Assembly: GCF_009914755.1 (NCBI RefSeq)
Contig: NC_060934.1
Source of the DNA: the human T2T-CHM13v2.0 reference genome, Homo sapiens
DNA length: 64,000 nt
Direction: 5' to 3' (one strand)
Under the pieces are notes generated by a model. The model did no database searches and was not told the origin of the DNA. It was given only the letters and a program-made list of their open reading frames with translations. This document shows positions 48,776-60,662 of this stretch, piece after piece; positions within the stretch are counted from its first letter, which is position 1, and the number at the start of each line of letters is the position of its first letter. Position numbers and translations under genes: made by a program.

Positions 48776-49852
48776 CCCATGAAGAGTGGGACGGACACTC
48801 AGCACTGACACGGAGGCCCCGGCAGCCGCCCCGTGAAGAGTGGGACAGACACTCAGCACTGACACAGAGGCCACAGCAGCCACCCGATGAAGAGTGGGAC
48901 GGACACTCAGCACTGACACAGAGGCCACGGCAGCCGCCCCGTGAAGAGTGGGGCACTCAGCACTGACACGGAGGCCACGGCAGCCACCCCACGAGGAGTG
49001 GGACAGACACTCAGCACTGACACAGAGGCCACGGCAGCCACCCCATGAAGAGTGGGACGGACACTCAGCACTGACACAGAGGCCACAGCAGCCACCCGAT
49101 GAAGAGTGGGACGGACACTCAGCACTGACACGGAGGCCACGGCAGCCACCCCACGAAGAGTGGGACGGACACTCAGCACTGACACAGAGGCCACAGCAGC
49201 CACCCGATGAAGAGTGGGACGGACACTCAGCACTGACACAGAGGCCCCGGCAGCCACCCCACGAGGAGTGGGACAGACACTCAGCACTGACACAGAGGCC
49301 ACGGCAGCCGCCCCACGAAGAGTGGGACGGACACTCAGCACTGACACAGAGGCCCCGGCAGCCACCCCATGAAGAGTGGGACGGACACTCAGCACTGACA
49401 CAGAGGCCCCGGCAGCCGCCCCATGAAGAGTGGGACGGACACTCAGCACTGACACGGAGGCCACGGCAGCCACCCCATGAAGAGTGGGACAGACACTCAG
49501 CACTGACACAGAGGCCACAGCAGCCACCCCATGAAGAGTGGGACGGACACTCAGCACTGACACGGAGGCCCTGGCAGCCACCCCATGAAGAGTGGGACGG
49601 ACACTCAGCACTGACACGGAGGCCCCGGCAGCCGCCCCATGAAGAGTGGGACGGACACTCAGCACTGACACAGAGGCCACGGCAGCCACCCCACGAGGAG
49701 TGGGACAGACACTCAGCACTGACACAGAGGCCACGGCAGCCACCCCATGAAGAGTGGGACAGACACTCAGCACTGACACAGAGGCCACGGCAGCCGCCCC
49801 GTGAAGAGTGGGACGGACACTCAGCACTGACACGGAGGCCACGGCAGCCACC
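48776..49852. repeat. Minisatellite, 54-bp unit x about 20
   Basis: ccccatgaagagtgggacggacactcagcactgacacagaggccacggcagcca; the unit is a multiple of 3, which produces the 313-430 aa repeat ORFs. Confidence 0.98.
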
Positions 49853-50696
49853 TGCAGCGAGCCGCCGCTGCGCACAGCTCCACAAGTGAGTTTAAAGCCG
49901 GGTTGCACAGGTAGAGAGGACGCCCTGGGACTCCACAGGGTGCTGTTACTGCAGGCGGGGAATCACCTCCCACCGCCCTCCCCGGTGGAGGCCTCTGGGC
50001 TGTGGGCCGGCGCAGGGTGCGGTGGGCTGGTGAACACCCATGTCCCGTGTGCACTCAGCCTTGTGTGTGCCTCACTGTGAAGTGAAATTTACTAAAATAA
50101 ATGGAAAAGTTTAGAAGTTCTATTGCTACCCGTCAAAACGTTTCAAAGTTTTTATCATACGCAGAGCAGGTCCAGTGGGAAAAAATCACTCCTTCCCAAA
50201 GAAAGACTGACTCTCAGAGGTGGGAGAGGGATGTTTTCATTGAACAATTACTGAGCAAGATCGAGTTTTAGCTTCTGAAAAACACAAAAATATACGCAAC
50301 ACAGGAATGAACTGCGCAGACAAGTCCAACCAGAGGTCGTCTCTCTTTAATGGACACATATATTTTTAAATTAGGGATTAGGAGGCCCCTTTCAAACTTT
50401 CCGTGGGCCATAATTTATGTTCTCCTGTCTTTAGATGTGTATTTATAGTGTAATAATTATCTAGCAAAATGAACTCTACTGCCTGCGAGCTGGGTGCTCA
50501 GGAGGGAGCGAGGCCGCCCGTCCGCCTGGTGGTCAGGAACCCTGGGTGCCTGTGGCTCATACAGACTGTGGGACCTGTGCCGAGGGGGAGGACAGTGAGG
50601 GAACCCGTCCCACAGAAGAGGCCTGCCAAGGGTTCTGGTCACCCGGAGAGCTTTTGTCCCTGGAGATACGGGCGAGGGGAGCACCCAGGACAGCCT

Positions 50697-50966
50697 CCTG
50701 CTCTGTTGCCCGGGCTGGAGTGCAGTGGTGATCTCGCCTCACTGCAGCCCCATCTTCTGGGCTCAAGCGATTTTCCCCCCTCAGCCTCCCAAGTAGCTGG
50801 GACTACAGGTGTGCACCACCACACCTGGCTAACTTTTTTATTTTGTATAGAGACAGGGGTCTTACTATGTTGTCCAGGCTGGTCTTAAACTCCTGGGCTC
50901 AAGTGATCCTCCCGCCTCAGCTTCTCAAAATGCTGGGATGACAGGCGTGAGCCCCCATGCCCAGCC
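50697..50966 (-). mobile_element. Alu (AluJ-like), antisense, without its tail
   Basis: gctctgttgcccgggctggagtgcagtgg...ctcctgggctcaagtgatcctcccgcctcag...tgctgggatgacaggcgtgagc. Confidence 0.93.
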
Positions 50967-51698
50967 CCCCAGACCCTCTTGGAAGTCTGTGCCGCTTCCT
51001 TCTCCCGCTCGGTAGCTTCAGCATTGCCACAGCTGTAATCGTTTAGTTCTTTCTCTTTGGTTTTAGGGCCTTCTCCTTTTCAGGAATTCCAGTGGCAGCT
51101 GGTGTGTTTGGAAGCGGGTGTCTGAAGCCAGCATTGCCGGTGGTGCCTGCAGGCTGCACGGGAAGGCAGAGCTTTGATGAGGTCCTGCTTGTGACGGGGG
51201 TGTGTCAGAACCGTTTTCTCTGTAGTGTGCTGCACCCTCCTGCTCCGTGTACACAAGAGCGGCGTGGTAATTGGTTAATATTTTAACCAGGCGGGAGTCA
51301 GAGGAGGGGCTTTCACCCTGACGCCCACCTGGAGAAGTGAGGCTGCGCTCCTGCCGCTTCCTCTGAGCACAGCTCGGGGAGTTGGCGTGAACTGTCGCCG
51401 TTCACTTGTGGTTCAGGGCGGCTGAGCACTGTGGCGAAGCCGTGGGCCCCCACCCAGCCTGCCTTCTGGGGTCCTCCCAGGCCCGTTGGTCTCTCCTGTG
51501 CCGTCAGCCCTGCCCCAAGACCTCGACATAGCCGGGCTTTTAAGCTTGTTGTCTGCTTCTCGGGCCCGTGGCGACCCTACCTACCCAGCCCAGCCTGCTC
51601 AGGTTCTAAAGCTGGGCCTTGTCAGCAGGGCCAGTCAGCCTGGCCACAGCAAACAATCTGCCGTGCAGCCTACACAGGGGCTGCTGCCCGCATCCTAC

Positions 51699-52425
51699 AG
51701 GGAGGAGAGAGGGGCAGGGAGGAGAGAGGGGCACGGAGGAGAGAGGGGCAGGGAGAGACGGGCAGGGAGAGAGGGGCAGGGAGGAGAGAGGGGCAGGGAG
51801 GAGAGAGGGGCAGGGAGGAGGGGCAGGGAGGAGAGAGGGGTAGGGAGAGACGGGCAGGGAGGAGGGGCAGGGAGGAGAGAGGGACAGGGAGGAGGGGCAG
51901 GGAGGAGAGAGGGGCAGAGAGGAGGGGCAGGGAGGAGGGGCAGGGAGGAGGGGGGGCAGGGAGGAGGGACGGAGGAGAGAGGGGCAGGGGGGAGGGGCAG
52001 GGAGGAGAGACAGGCAGGGAGGAGGGGCAGGGAGGAGAGATGGGCAGAGAGGAGGGGCAGGGAGAGAGGGGCAGGGAGGAGAGAGGGGCAGGGAGAGAGG
52101 GGCAGGGAGGAGGGGGGGCAGGGAGGAGGGACAGGGAGGAGAGAGGGGCAGGGGGGAGGGGCAGGGAGGAGGGGCAGGGAGGAGGGGCAGGGAGGAGAGA
52201 CAGGCAGGGAGGAGGGGCAGGGAGGAGAGATGGGCAGGGAGGAGAGAGGGGCAAGGAGGAGGGGCAGGGAGGAGGGGCAGGGAGGAGAAACGGGCAGGGA
52301 GGAGAAACGGGCAGGGAGGAGAGGGGCAGGGAGGACGGGCAGGGAGGAGGGGCAGGGAGGAGAGAGGGGCAGGGAGGAGGGGCAGGGAGGAGAGGGGGCA
52401 GGGGGAGGGGCAGGGGGAGGGGCAG
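51699..52425. repeat. Polypurine G/A-rich repeat (GGGCAGGGAGGAG[AG])n
   Basis: About 725 bp almost free of T on the + strand. Confidence 0.97.
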
Positions 52426-54857
52426 TGCCTGCAGAGGCTGGCACAGGAGTACGATTGTTCGCCCTATCACAGCCGCTCCCACGCTGTAGGCGCAGGTGCG
52501 CCCCTGTCCTGTGTGCCTCCCCCCCCACCCAGCAGGTATGCTTTCAGATAAGCCCACATGCCTGGCACTCCCACGTCAGTCACTGCTGGGCAGCGTCCAG
52601 GCCCCGCGTCCTGCTGCTCTGCAGCGTGGCCCCGCCAGCACCTCCCACCTGTGGGTACAGCGGTTGTGTGCAGTCCACACTGGCCTTCCCCAGACCCAGC
52701 TGGAACCAGCCCCTCCTGCATTTCTCCCTGGGTGTTGGGGGCCACAGGGAGCACCCCTGGCTGTGGATTAAGGGTGGTGCCCCCAACAGCCTGGCCAGGA
52801 CACCTCTCTCACCCAGGCTTCTTCCTCCTGTTGAGTCGTCTGTGAACACTCCCAGGGAAGCCCTTCCTGGAGCAGATGGGCTGAGGAAGCCGCTGCCACT
52901 CTGGCATCCCTGTTCTCTCTTGCTCATCCCCAGAGCCCAGTCTGTCTGAGCAGCAATGCCCATCAGACCCTGTCCCATGGACAGAGGGCGGCTGTGCTTC
53001 CTGCCACGCCCTGGCTTCTCTCCGTGCCCCCAGGGGACGCCAGGTGGCACGGGCTCTCCAAGCTCCATGGGGTGCATGAGGAGGGAGAACTGGTTCGGTT
53101 CCAGCTTCCTATTTAGAAGTCACCTATTGTGTGCTGTGTGCATGTGTGTCCGGGGGGCAGTGGACGTGTGTGCGGATGCAATGGACATGTGTCCAGGGGC
53201 AGTGGACGTGTGTCAGGGGCTGGGCAGGCCCCTGCCTGCATCCAGTTTCCACTCGTGTCCGCGGTTGGGATCAGCTGAGAAGCTCCTGAACAAAGTGGCC
53301 CAGCCTCTCAAACGTGTGAAATGGGGCAGGCCACCAGGTTGCTGGCTCTCCTGAAAGCATGTGCAGCTGTTCTCTGCTCTGTGCTCTTCAGAGACATGCA
53401 TGACACGCAGGCCCTGCGTAGCTACGTTTTTAACCAAGCAGTGACTGCCCAAGGCCGGGTGGCAGCCGTGGCTCCTGTGAGTGTGGCTCCCGCTGGAGCG
53501 CGCGGAGGATGGGAGCTCCTGCGTCAGGGCAGAGCAAGTTCCCAGTCCCCGGCTGTTTCCAGGTGGTTGGGCACAGGGCCCACAGGCGCCCCTGTGGGCA
53601 GGGTCCGGGGGGCATGGGAGGGGCTGCAGAATCCGCAGCTGAGGTGCCGGGATGGACCCGAAACCCAATCACAGCCAACAGGGAAATTTCACAGAGAATC
53701 AGATCCCAGTCGCGACAGGTGCTGTATGATATTTTGGAATTAACTGAAAAAACTCTTGAGACTCTGGTGAAGGCCCCAGAGATGTTGAGAGTAAGCAGAG
53801 ACGCTGCACTTAGGGGCAGGTGGCTGAGCTCAGCCACAGGACCCCCGGGGTTCGTTCACTCCAAGTGGAATTCGTTACCACTTCAGTGCAGTCCCAAGCA
53901 ACATGCCCATTTGGGGGTGGGTTTGCAGCCTGATGGGTGCGTCGGGCCCCCTGAGAACCTGCAGGCCCGGAAGTGGGGGCTGTGCTTGCGTGTTCCAGAC
54001 TCGGCGGGTAGTGGGGGCCATGGCCATGAGGCTCCAGGCTGGTGGGGGAGTGATCAGTCCGTGTGTGCGTGGACTGCTCTGCTGTGTGAGGGCGGGGGCC
54101 AATGGCTCAGAGACACAGCAAGGCCGCGGAGGAGCCCAGATGAGCTGTGCCCTGGCCGGCGGTGGGTGGTGGAGACGCAACCAGCAGACCCCAGGCAGTG
54201 TGGGATGCGCTCACTGTGTGGGTGAAGGGCTCCGCCCTCAGGGCTACTGGCACCGCCATGTGGCCAGCCCCATTCCCAGACCCGCAGAGGGCATGGGCAG
54301 GCCCAGGAAGCAGTGAGTCGGGGACAGTCACCCTCCACTGCAGCAGTGACCCGGGGCCACAGCCTGAGCACCTGGATGCTCCCCGAGGTGGGAGCGGTGT
54401 TGGTCAAAGCGGAGACCACGTGTGCCACACCCCAGAGCTGCCTGCACTTACAGGCGTTTCGAGCTGATCCGGGCCAGGTCACCAGGTGGAGGAACGTCCT
54501 GGGACCAGATGACACTGGCTGCCATTTTGTTTCCATGGAGGTTTTCATCATACTTTAGACCATGTTCAAAAAACCAACAAAAACCAAAGCTCAACAGACA
54601 ATTTCATGCAGTAAAGGAAGGACTGATGTGAAGATACTGTGCTATAGCTAAAATTTAGTCTCACATAAAAACAGTTTGATATAGAACTTAAATTGTGAAT
54701 TTGGTTTTATATTCTAGAAACTTCCATGTGTGTATTCATTCCCCAGGTAGTGCTGGCCATTCTAAGGTGTATTGGGAGAGAATCGGCACAGCCGTCCCTT
54801 TGGGGCTGAGGACGGCCCGAGCCGGCCGGCTGACCCTCTGCCTTCATGTCTCCCCAG

Positions 54858-54969
54858 CTACCCGTACAGTGAGGACGCCCGCCAGGGTGAGCAGTACATG
54901 AACACCCGGTGCCCAGCCTGGTGTGACCGCATCCTCATGTCCCCGTCTGCCAAGGAGCTGGTGCTGCGG
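54858..54969 (+). CDS. INPP5A: INPP5A coding exon (exon 13, 112 nt): (S)YPYSEDARQGEQYMNTRCPAWCDRILMSPSAKELVLR
   Basis: Acceptor tctccccag| and donor CGG|gtgagt; contains the PxWCDRIL 5-phosphatase signature; phase 2-0. Confidence 0.97.
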
Positions 54970-55468
54970 GTGAGTGTGTGCTGCCCCAGCCCTGGGCACA
55001 GAGGGATGTGGAGCGCTGGGTCTGGTCTGGCCCAGCCCTGGTGACAGGGCCCCAGGGGTGGGGGCACCCAGCCTGGGGAATGCTGCCAGGTTGGGCCCTG
55101 ACCTCGTGCTGCCATGAGCTGCACCCCAGCATTGGGTCACCTCTGAGCCAGCACCTGGGCTGGGGCAGCAGCAGATGGAGCCGAGTTCCTGGGCCATGGG
55201 CAGCCAGCGTCATCCTGAGTTTGAAACATAACACAGGCGGTTAGCAGGAAGTGTTTTCAAATCGTGGTTCATTGTATCCTTGGAAGTCAACGTGCTCTTG
55301 TGCGTTCCAGCGCTCATGGGCTGGGCCGTGAAGCGCAGTAGAAATGTCTGAGGTTGTTTTCCTAAGTTGTAAATTAGAGCCAGATTCATTTGAGCCTCGA
55401 TAAGTTAAAAATAAATAGGCGACATTTTCAGATGGCCTGGGCCTTGGGAAATTTTCAGATTTCCTGTG

Positions 55469-55489
55469 ATTTTTTTTTTTTAATAATAA

Positions 55490-55520
<31 letters not shown>

Positions 55521-55644
55521 AGAGGTGATAGGGGCTTGCTTGCTACATTGGCCAGGCTGGTCTCAAATTCCTGGGCTCCAGCATTCCACCCACCTCGGCC
55601 TCCCAAAGTACCCAGACTACAGGCAGGAGCCACTGCACCCGGTC
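55469..55644 (-). mobile_element. Monomeric Alu (FLAM or left arm), antisense, with long poly(T)
   Basis: Poly-T followed by ttggccaggctggtctcaaattcctgggctc...cctcggcctcccaaagt...gagccactgcacccgg. Confidence 0.88.
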
Positions 55645-58031
55645 AATCCTGTGATTTTTCAATTCCCACATTTTAACATACAAGGAGTGTTTTCAGAAGA
55701 ATCAATATCTGAATTGGTTTTGTCAACCCCGTGAATGAAAATTAAATGCAGATAGTAATGAAAGCTTGCGGGTGTGCGTGGGAACTGCAGCTGTGCCCAA
55801 CACCCAGAGCCGGGGCCTCTGAACATAACGTGGGTGTGCAATCGGAAGGAGGCTGGAGACTCTGGTGGTTCCACTGCCAGCCTGGTGGGCTCTGCCCCCT
55901 CTCCACTGTCCCAGGCCCAGAGCAGGGACAGGAGCCCCCTACTAACCCCGACTTCAACACCAGCTGTGTGAGGCTCCAGTTGTCCCTCACTGCCCATCTG
56001 TGTCTGTGCCAGACGGCACCAGACCCCAGGCACAGCAAACACCTGGGTGCAGGTGTGCCCTCAGCAGGGCGGGGACCTCTGCAGCCCTGGTCCCTGAGAT
56101 GCACCCTGCTGGCCTCTGCCATGTGGCTCTGTCTGCCGGGCCGGGTTCCTTACTGTTCCTTCCTACATCCTGGAGCACCCTGGGTGCAGCCTGCCCTCCG
56201 TCCCTGGCTGTGCTGTGAGGAGCCTGCCTGGTGGGGGCCTGGGCTGGAGGCGGGGCCCCTTGGCCAGAAGTCCCTGGGGTCTGCAGCCAGCCTGGCTCCT
56301 CCGCAGCCCCACCTCTGGCCTGTGGGCAGGGCCTGTGCCCATCATTGAGGAAAGTGTGCTGGCCACAAGCCCAAAAGCCCAGGAGTGGGCTCGGCCTGGA
56401 GCCTGGCTGTGGACCTGCCACTGCCCCTCTGGCTGGGCTCACTGGTAGGCACGCCAGTCCCTCGGTGCCACATGGTGGGTGCTCCCATCTGCCAGTGCTG
56501 AGAGCGGGTCAGGCATGTGGAGCCCAGGGCTGCCACCAGCGGGGCAGGAGCCTCCCGGGGACTCGGGCACAGATGCCATCCCCTGGGAAAACGTCGGAGG
56601 TCACGCGAGTGCAGATTGGTGAGCAGCGCCCAAGGGCAGAAGGCTGGCAGGGCTGTGGCCTCCCCACATTGTGCTGCCGCTGCCAGGGCTCCACCAGCTC
56701 AGAGCAGGGCAGCGTTGCAGCCCGTTTTCCATTCACTCACAGCCTCTCGGGTTCTCTGGATCCGGGACTTGACACTTTATGCTCAGGGTGGGGGACAGAG
56801 CCTCACAACACACACCTGGCGGCCTTTGACAGCCCCTGCCTTCTGGGGCTGGAGTTTGGACAGGCTCTCCCCATGGGGCCACCCAGTGGGCAGCGGGTGT
56901 GCAGGACAAGCAGACGGGCGCCGGGCGCGCTCCGCAGCCTCATCCATCATGACACGCGCCGTCACCTCGTCACCAAGCTCCGTTCTGCCTCCGGAGCCCT
57001 AAAACACCAAAAGGGGCTCGGGACGCGGGCGGTGCTGCTTGGGGAGCCTCGGTGACAAGTGTTCAGTGAGGTGTGCCGCACGCTGCCTGTGCCCGCCGTA
57101 ATTTGTTTATCTGTCCAAAGATTATGCAGTTGAAAATCCACAATTTTATGCTGCCTTTGTAAATTACCACGCTGCGTTTGATGAATGTTTCTCCACTTCT
57201 GCGGAGGCGCCGCTTCACCCGCGAGAGGCGGGAAGGTGCTCATGCATGCGGTGCCGAAGCTTGTTTTCTCATTCTTTCTGGCAGGCGCCCATGCTGGAAA
57301 GTAAATCTGACCTTGAGCTTCCCACTGCATTAAAGATAACTCAGTTTTACCTGGATAGTCTCAGATGCTCCAGCTGTGGATATAAAATTCCAGCCCAACC
57401 AGAGCCGAGTGCTGACCAGCAGCAAACCCCTTCCGGAGGCGCCCGGAATACAGGCACCTGCTGGGAAGTGCGCACACAGCCGTGAATTACTGTGCACAGA
57501 TTGCTTTGTGTAGTGGTGTGGAATTCGGTGTCTGTTCTCGTTTGAACACTGAGTTCTAGGTTAATAGAACAGTCAAAAACAAATCAAAGTGGGAAGATTG
57601 GAACTAGATGGGCTGCCGCACTCAGAGGAGCACACCTGCACAGAAAGCTGGGGCGCACACACTCCTGTGAACAGGGTCCCCTGCAACTCCCCTGAGAGCC
57701 CAGGAGCATGTCCGGGAGAGGGGAGCTTGGGAGCCGGGCCAGCACCCGCGGCTCCCCACGCGACCCCTCCTAGAGGCAGATACCTGTTGTCCAAAAGGGC
57801 CAGGGTCAAGGTGCTGAGGCGCTGCCACATCACCAGAGCCTTTGGTCCATGAGCTGGCCTCTCTCTCAGGGGCCAGGCAGGGCGGGTGGCAGAGGCTGGG
57901 GAGGTACTGGCAGGGGCCGACATCCCCATCTCTCTGCCCCCACAAAACCCTGATGTTCCTGCCAGTCAGCTCCCAACTGGACCCAGGGTGCCCCGCCTCC
58001 CCACACTCACCTGTCTGTTTCCCCTTTCCAG

Positions 58032-58100
58032 TCGGAGAGCGAGGAGAAGGTTGTCACCTATGACCACATTGGGCCCAACGTCTGCATGGGAGACCACAAG
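58032..58100 (+). CDS. INPP5A: INPP5A coding exon (exon 14, 69 nt): SESEEKVVTYDHIGPNVCMGDHK
   Basis: Acceptor tttcccctttccag| and donor AAG|gtgaca; the DHKPV motif spans the junction to the next exon. Confidence 0.95.
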
Positions 58101-59043
58101 GTGACATAGACTGAGGTCCAGGGGCCAGGCTGGGGGACCAAGGGGAAGCTAGGGGGCCGGGGGGCTGGGGCCAGTGGGTGGGCGGGTGCTGGGGCTGGCA
58201 GGCAGGTGGGCGGGGGTTGGCCAGTCTCTCCTCTCCTGTTCTCCTGTCTTCTTAGTCTGACTACAGAGTAGGCCAAGTTGGTCTGTTTTTATTTAATTTT
58301 AATAAAATATCATAAGCTAGGTGGGTAAGTAGGAAGAAGGCAGAAATGACGTTACAATAGAATAAAATACATAATTTAATATTTGTAAAAAAATGTCCAC
58401 AGCTGATTGTTTCTGAAGGCTGTTTTGCAAATATGCAGCTTCAGTGTTTTAATGGCCTTCTTGGGGCAGGCTCACTGTCAGCCGAGGAGCCGGGGTGAGG
58501 GCGCTCCCCACCGTGTGCCAAGGGGCAGCACTGGCACAGATCGTTTATTCAGGCAACTGCACCTCGAGAGTGTGCACAGGAGACAGATCAAATCTCATTT
58601 TCAGCCAATAAATGAGTTAGCTTCTTCCACGTTGGAGGCCCAGAGCTGTGAGCCCCAAACACACCCGGATAAGACGCTGGACCTGCCAGGTGCGGCAGAG
58701 CCGAGGACGGGAGAGCCTTCCTTCCCCGCTTCATTTGGGGCCTATTTAGCCATTCTTTTACATCAGTTTTTCCATTAATTTTTTTACCTGGAAATAACAC
58801 CTTCCTTGCAAAACCTCTCATGGCCGGCCTGGCTCCAGTTCCACATTCACGGGGCCCCCAACCCCTGCGCTGCCGTGGCTGTGCACAAGGGCCGAGCTGC
58901 CTCTGCTGGCCATCAGCTCCTCCCAGCCCGGTTCATGGCTGCCCTGGTGAGACGCAGGGTCTGGGGGTGCAACGGGAGGCGGCGGCATGTGCTGTGCTGT
59001 CCCGCGTGCGCCGTGCTGACACCGTCCTCTCTTCCTGCTGCAG

Positions 59044-59124
59044 CCCGTGTTCCTGGCCTTCCGAATCATGCCCGGGGCAGGTAAACCTCATGCCCATGTG
59101 CACAAGTGTTGTGTCGTGCAGTGA
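59044..59124 (+). CDS. INPP5A: INPP5A last coding exon (exon 15): PVFLAFRIMPGAGKPHAHVHKCCVVQ*
   Basis: Acceptor cttcctgctgcag|; ends in the CAAX box CVVQ followed by TGA at 59122-59124. Confidence 0.97.
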   Translation, partial: PVFLAFRIMPGAGKPHAHVHKCCVVQ

Positions 59125-59219
59125 CGTGGTGGTAAATATGACTCCTCCCTCCAGTTCAGCTTTTACGCAGCTTTTCCTGGTGCGTTTGTTCCTTTAACAA
59201 ATTACGAATTCCGTGACAG

Positions 59220-60662
59220 GGAAGAGATGCCAGCGCCACGAGAGGACACTTCGTGAGCCTCCCTGTAGCCGTGGACCGAATACGCACTCTTGAAAGCTGC
59301 ATCGAGAACCCGCCCAAGCGCCACCTGCTAGACGGCCAGCCCCACACTTCGCTTCAGCCTCCGGACCATTCCGGAGCAGCCTCACATACCTCACTGTCTC
59401 GTCTGTCTATGTGACATTAAGTAGAAATATTGGTTTTTTTTTTTTTTTTTAAATAAGTCACAGTCCTGTTGTCAAAACTCTAATAGACAGCAAAGAGGGT
59501 CTGTACCGTAGACTTCACAGTTTTCAGTTTTTAATGATTGCCAGTGGAGGGGCTTCTTCAGCACAGAGACCCCCCACTGTGTCCAGGGACCCCCTCTGCC
59601 AGGTGGAGGTGTGTCCAGGGGCTGGGGAAGCCGAGACGGGCACTCCCTCTGCCGGCCGGCAGCGTGGCCCTGAGCATGGCAAGGGGGTCTGTCTCTGCCG
59701 ATGCTCCTTCCGCGGCACTGACTCTGCGCCGTGTCACATGGTTTTTGAATCACACTGCAGCTGCTTTCCATTTTTATATATATATAAATATATATAAATA
59801 TATACTTTTTAAAAATAATTTATAAATCTTACCAAAACTTATGCTAAATATACTTTCCAGTATGAACGCACAGGAGAGTCCCATCAGCAGGCGGCATTGG
59901 AGTCTAGGAGCTCAGCTGTGTGTCCATCAACACACAAATTCGTAAAAAACACACATGGCCTCGCCATCGTGGGTAAAATCGGCCCCACAGCACGTCTGCA
60001 CCAGCGGGCCGTTACTCCCATGCCGTTCTTCTGTGTAATATTAAGAACTGAATGTGAAGTTTATAGCTAGCCTGGGTGTACCTTTTAAGAATTTTGTAAA
60101 CCGTTTGTCTGTCTTTTGTTACTGTTTTATGGTGCCAAGTATCCTACGTTACAACAATAATATCATGGGAGAAATAGAAATAGCCTAGTTTGCTTCCAAT
60201 AGAAACTGCTTTTAACATGGGCTGTATATAAAAATATTAAAGAGAAACAAAACTGTACATTTCCTCATTGCTCCGCTACAGACAACCCATGTCATAACCT
60301 TGTTGCAAATATTTTTCTCCTATAGCAGTAAGTACAGCATTAGAAGGTGATTAGAGAGTCTGTTGATGAAACACAAATGTATGTTTTATTGATTTTACTT
60401 TAGAACACTACAGAGTTCCTGGACCGGGTGAAGGCATTAGCTGGGTGTTTGTGTGGGATAAATACTACCACTGCAAGTGACTGCTGTCCGCTGCGGAATC
60501 TGTTCTTGGTGGAAGCACAGGTCCGTGTCGCTGCTGTGGTTGCCGCTGTCCGCGGTTCAACACGGAGTCCGCCCCGCGGGTTTCAGCTGTTGGTCGTTCT
60601 GAGGGGCCTTTGGAAGTGACCGGTCTGGTTCCTAAGCAATAAAATTGACCGTGGTGAAAATA
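59220..60662 (+). other. INPP5A: INPP5A terminal 3'UTR exon (exon 16), following an 88-nt intron (59132-59219)
   Basis: Donor GTG|gtaaat 7 nt after the stop and acceptor ccgtgacag|G; AT-rich UTR ending at AATAAA. Confidence 0.8.
60638..60643 (+). terminator. INPP5A poly(A) signal
   Basis: AATAAA followed about 25 nt later by a GU/U-rich element (gtgttgctttttcttcc). Confidence 0.85.

Noticed and set aside
48790-49840. REST/RE1-like half sites (TCAGCAC, GGACAG) in the 54-bp unit
   Set aside because: The halves are in the wrong order and spacing, and the left half lacks the final C of TCAGCACC.
48593-49908. 313-430 aa ORFs, including a Cys-rich keratin-associated-like repeat
   Set aside because: Translation of a 54-bp VNTR that is open on both strands; no promoter or exon evidence.
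51431-52949. 352-487 aa Gly/Arg/Glu- and Pro-rich ORFs
   Set aside because: A T-free polypurine repeat cannot form stop codons; low-complexity artefact.
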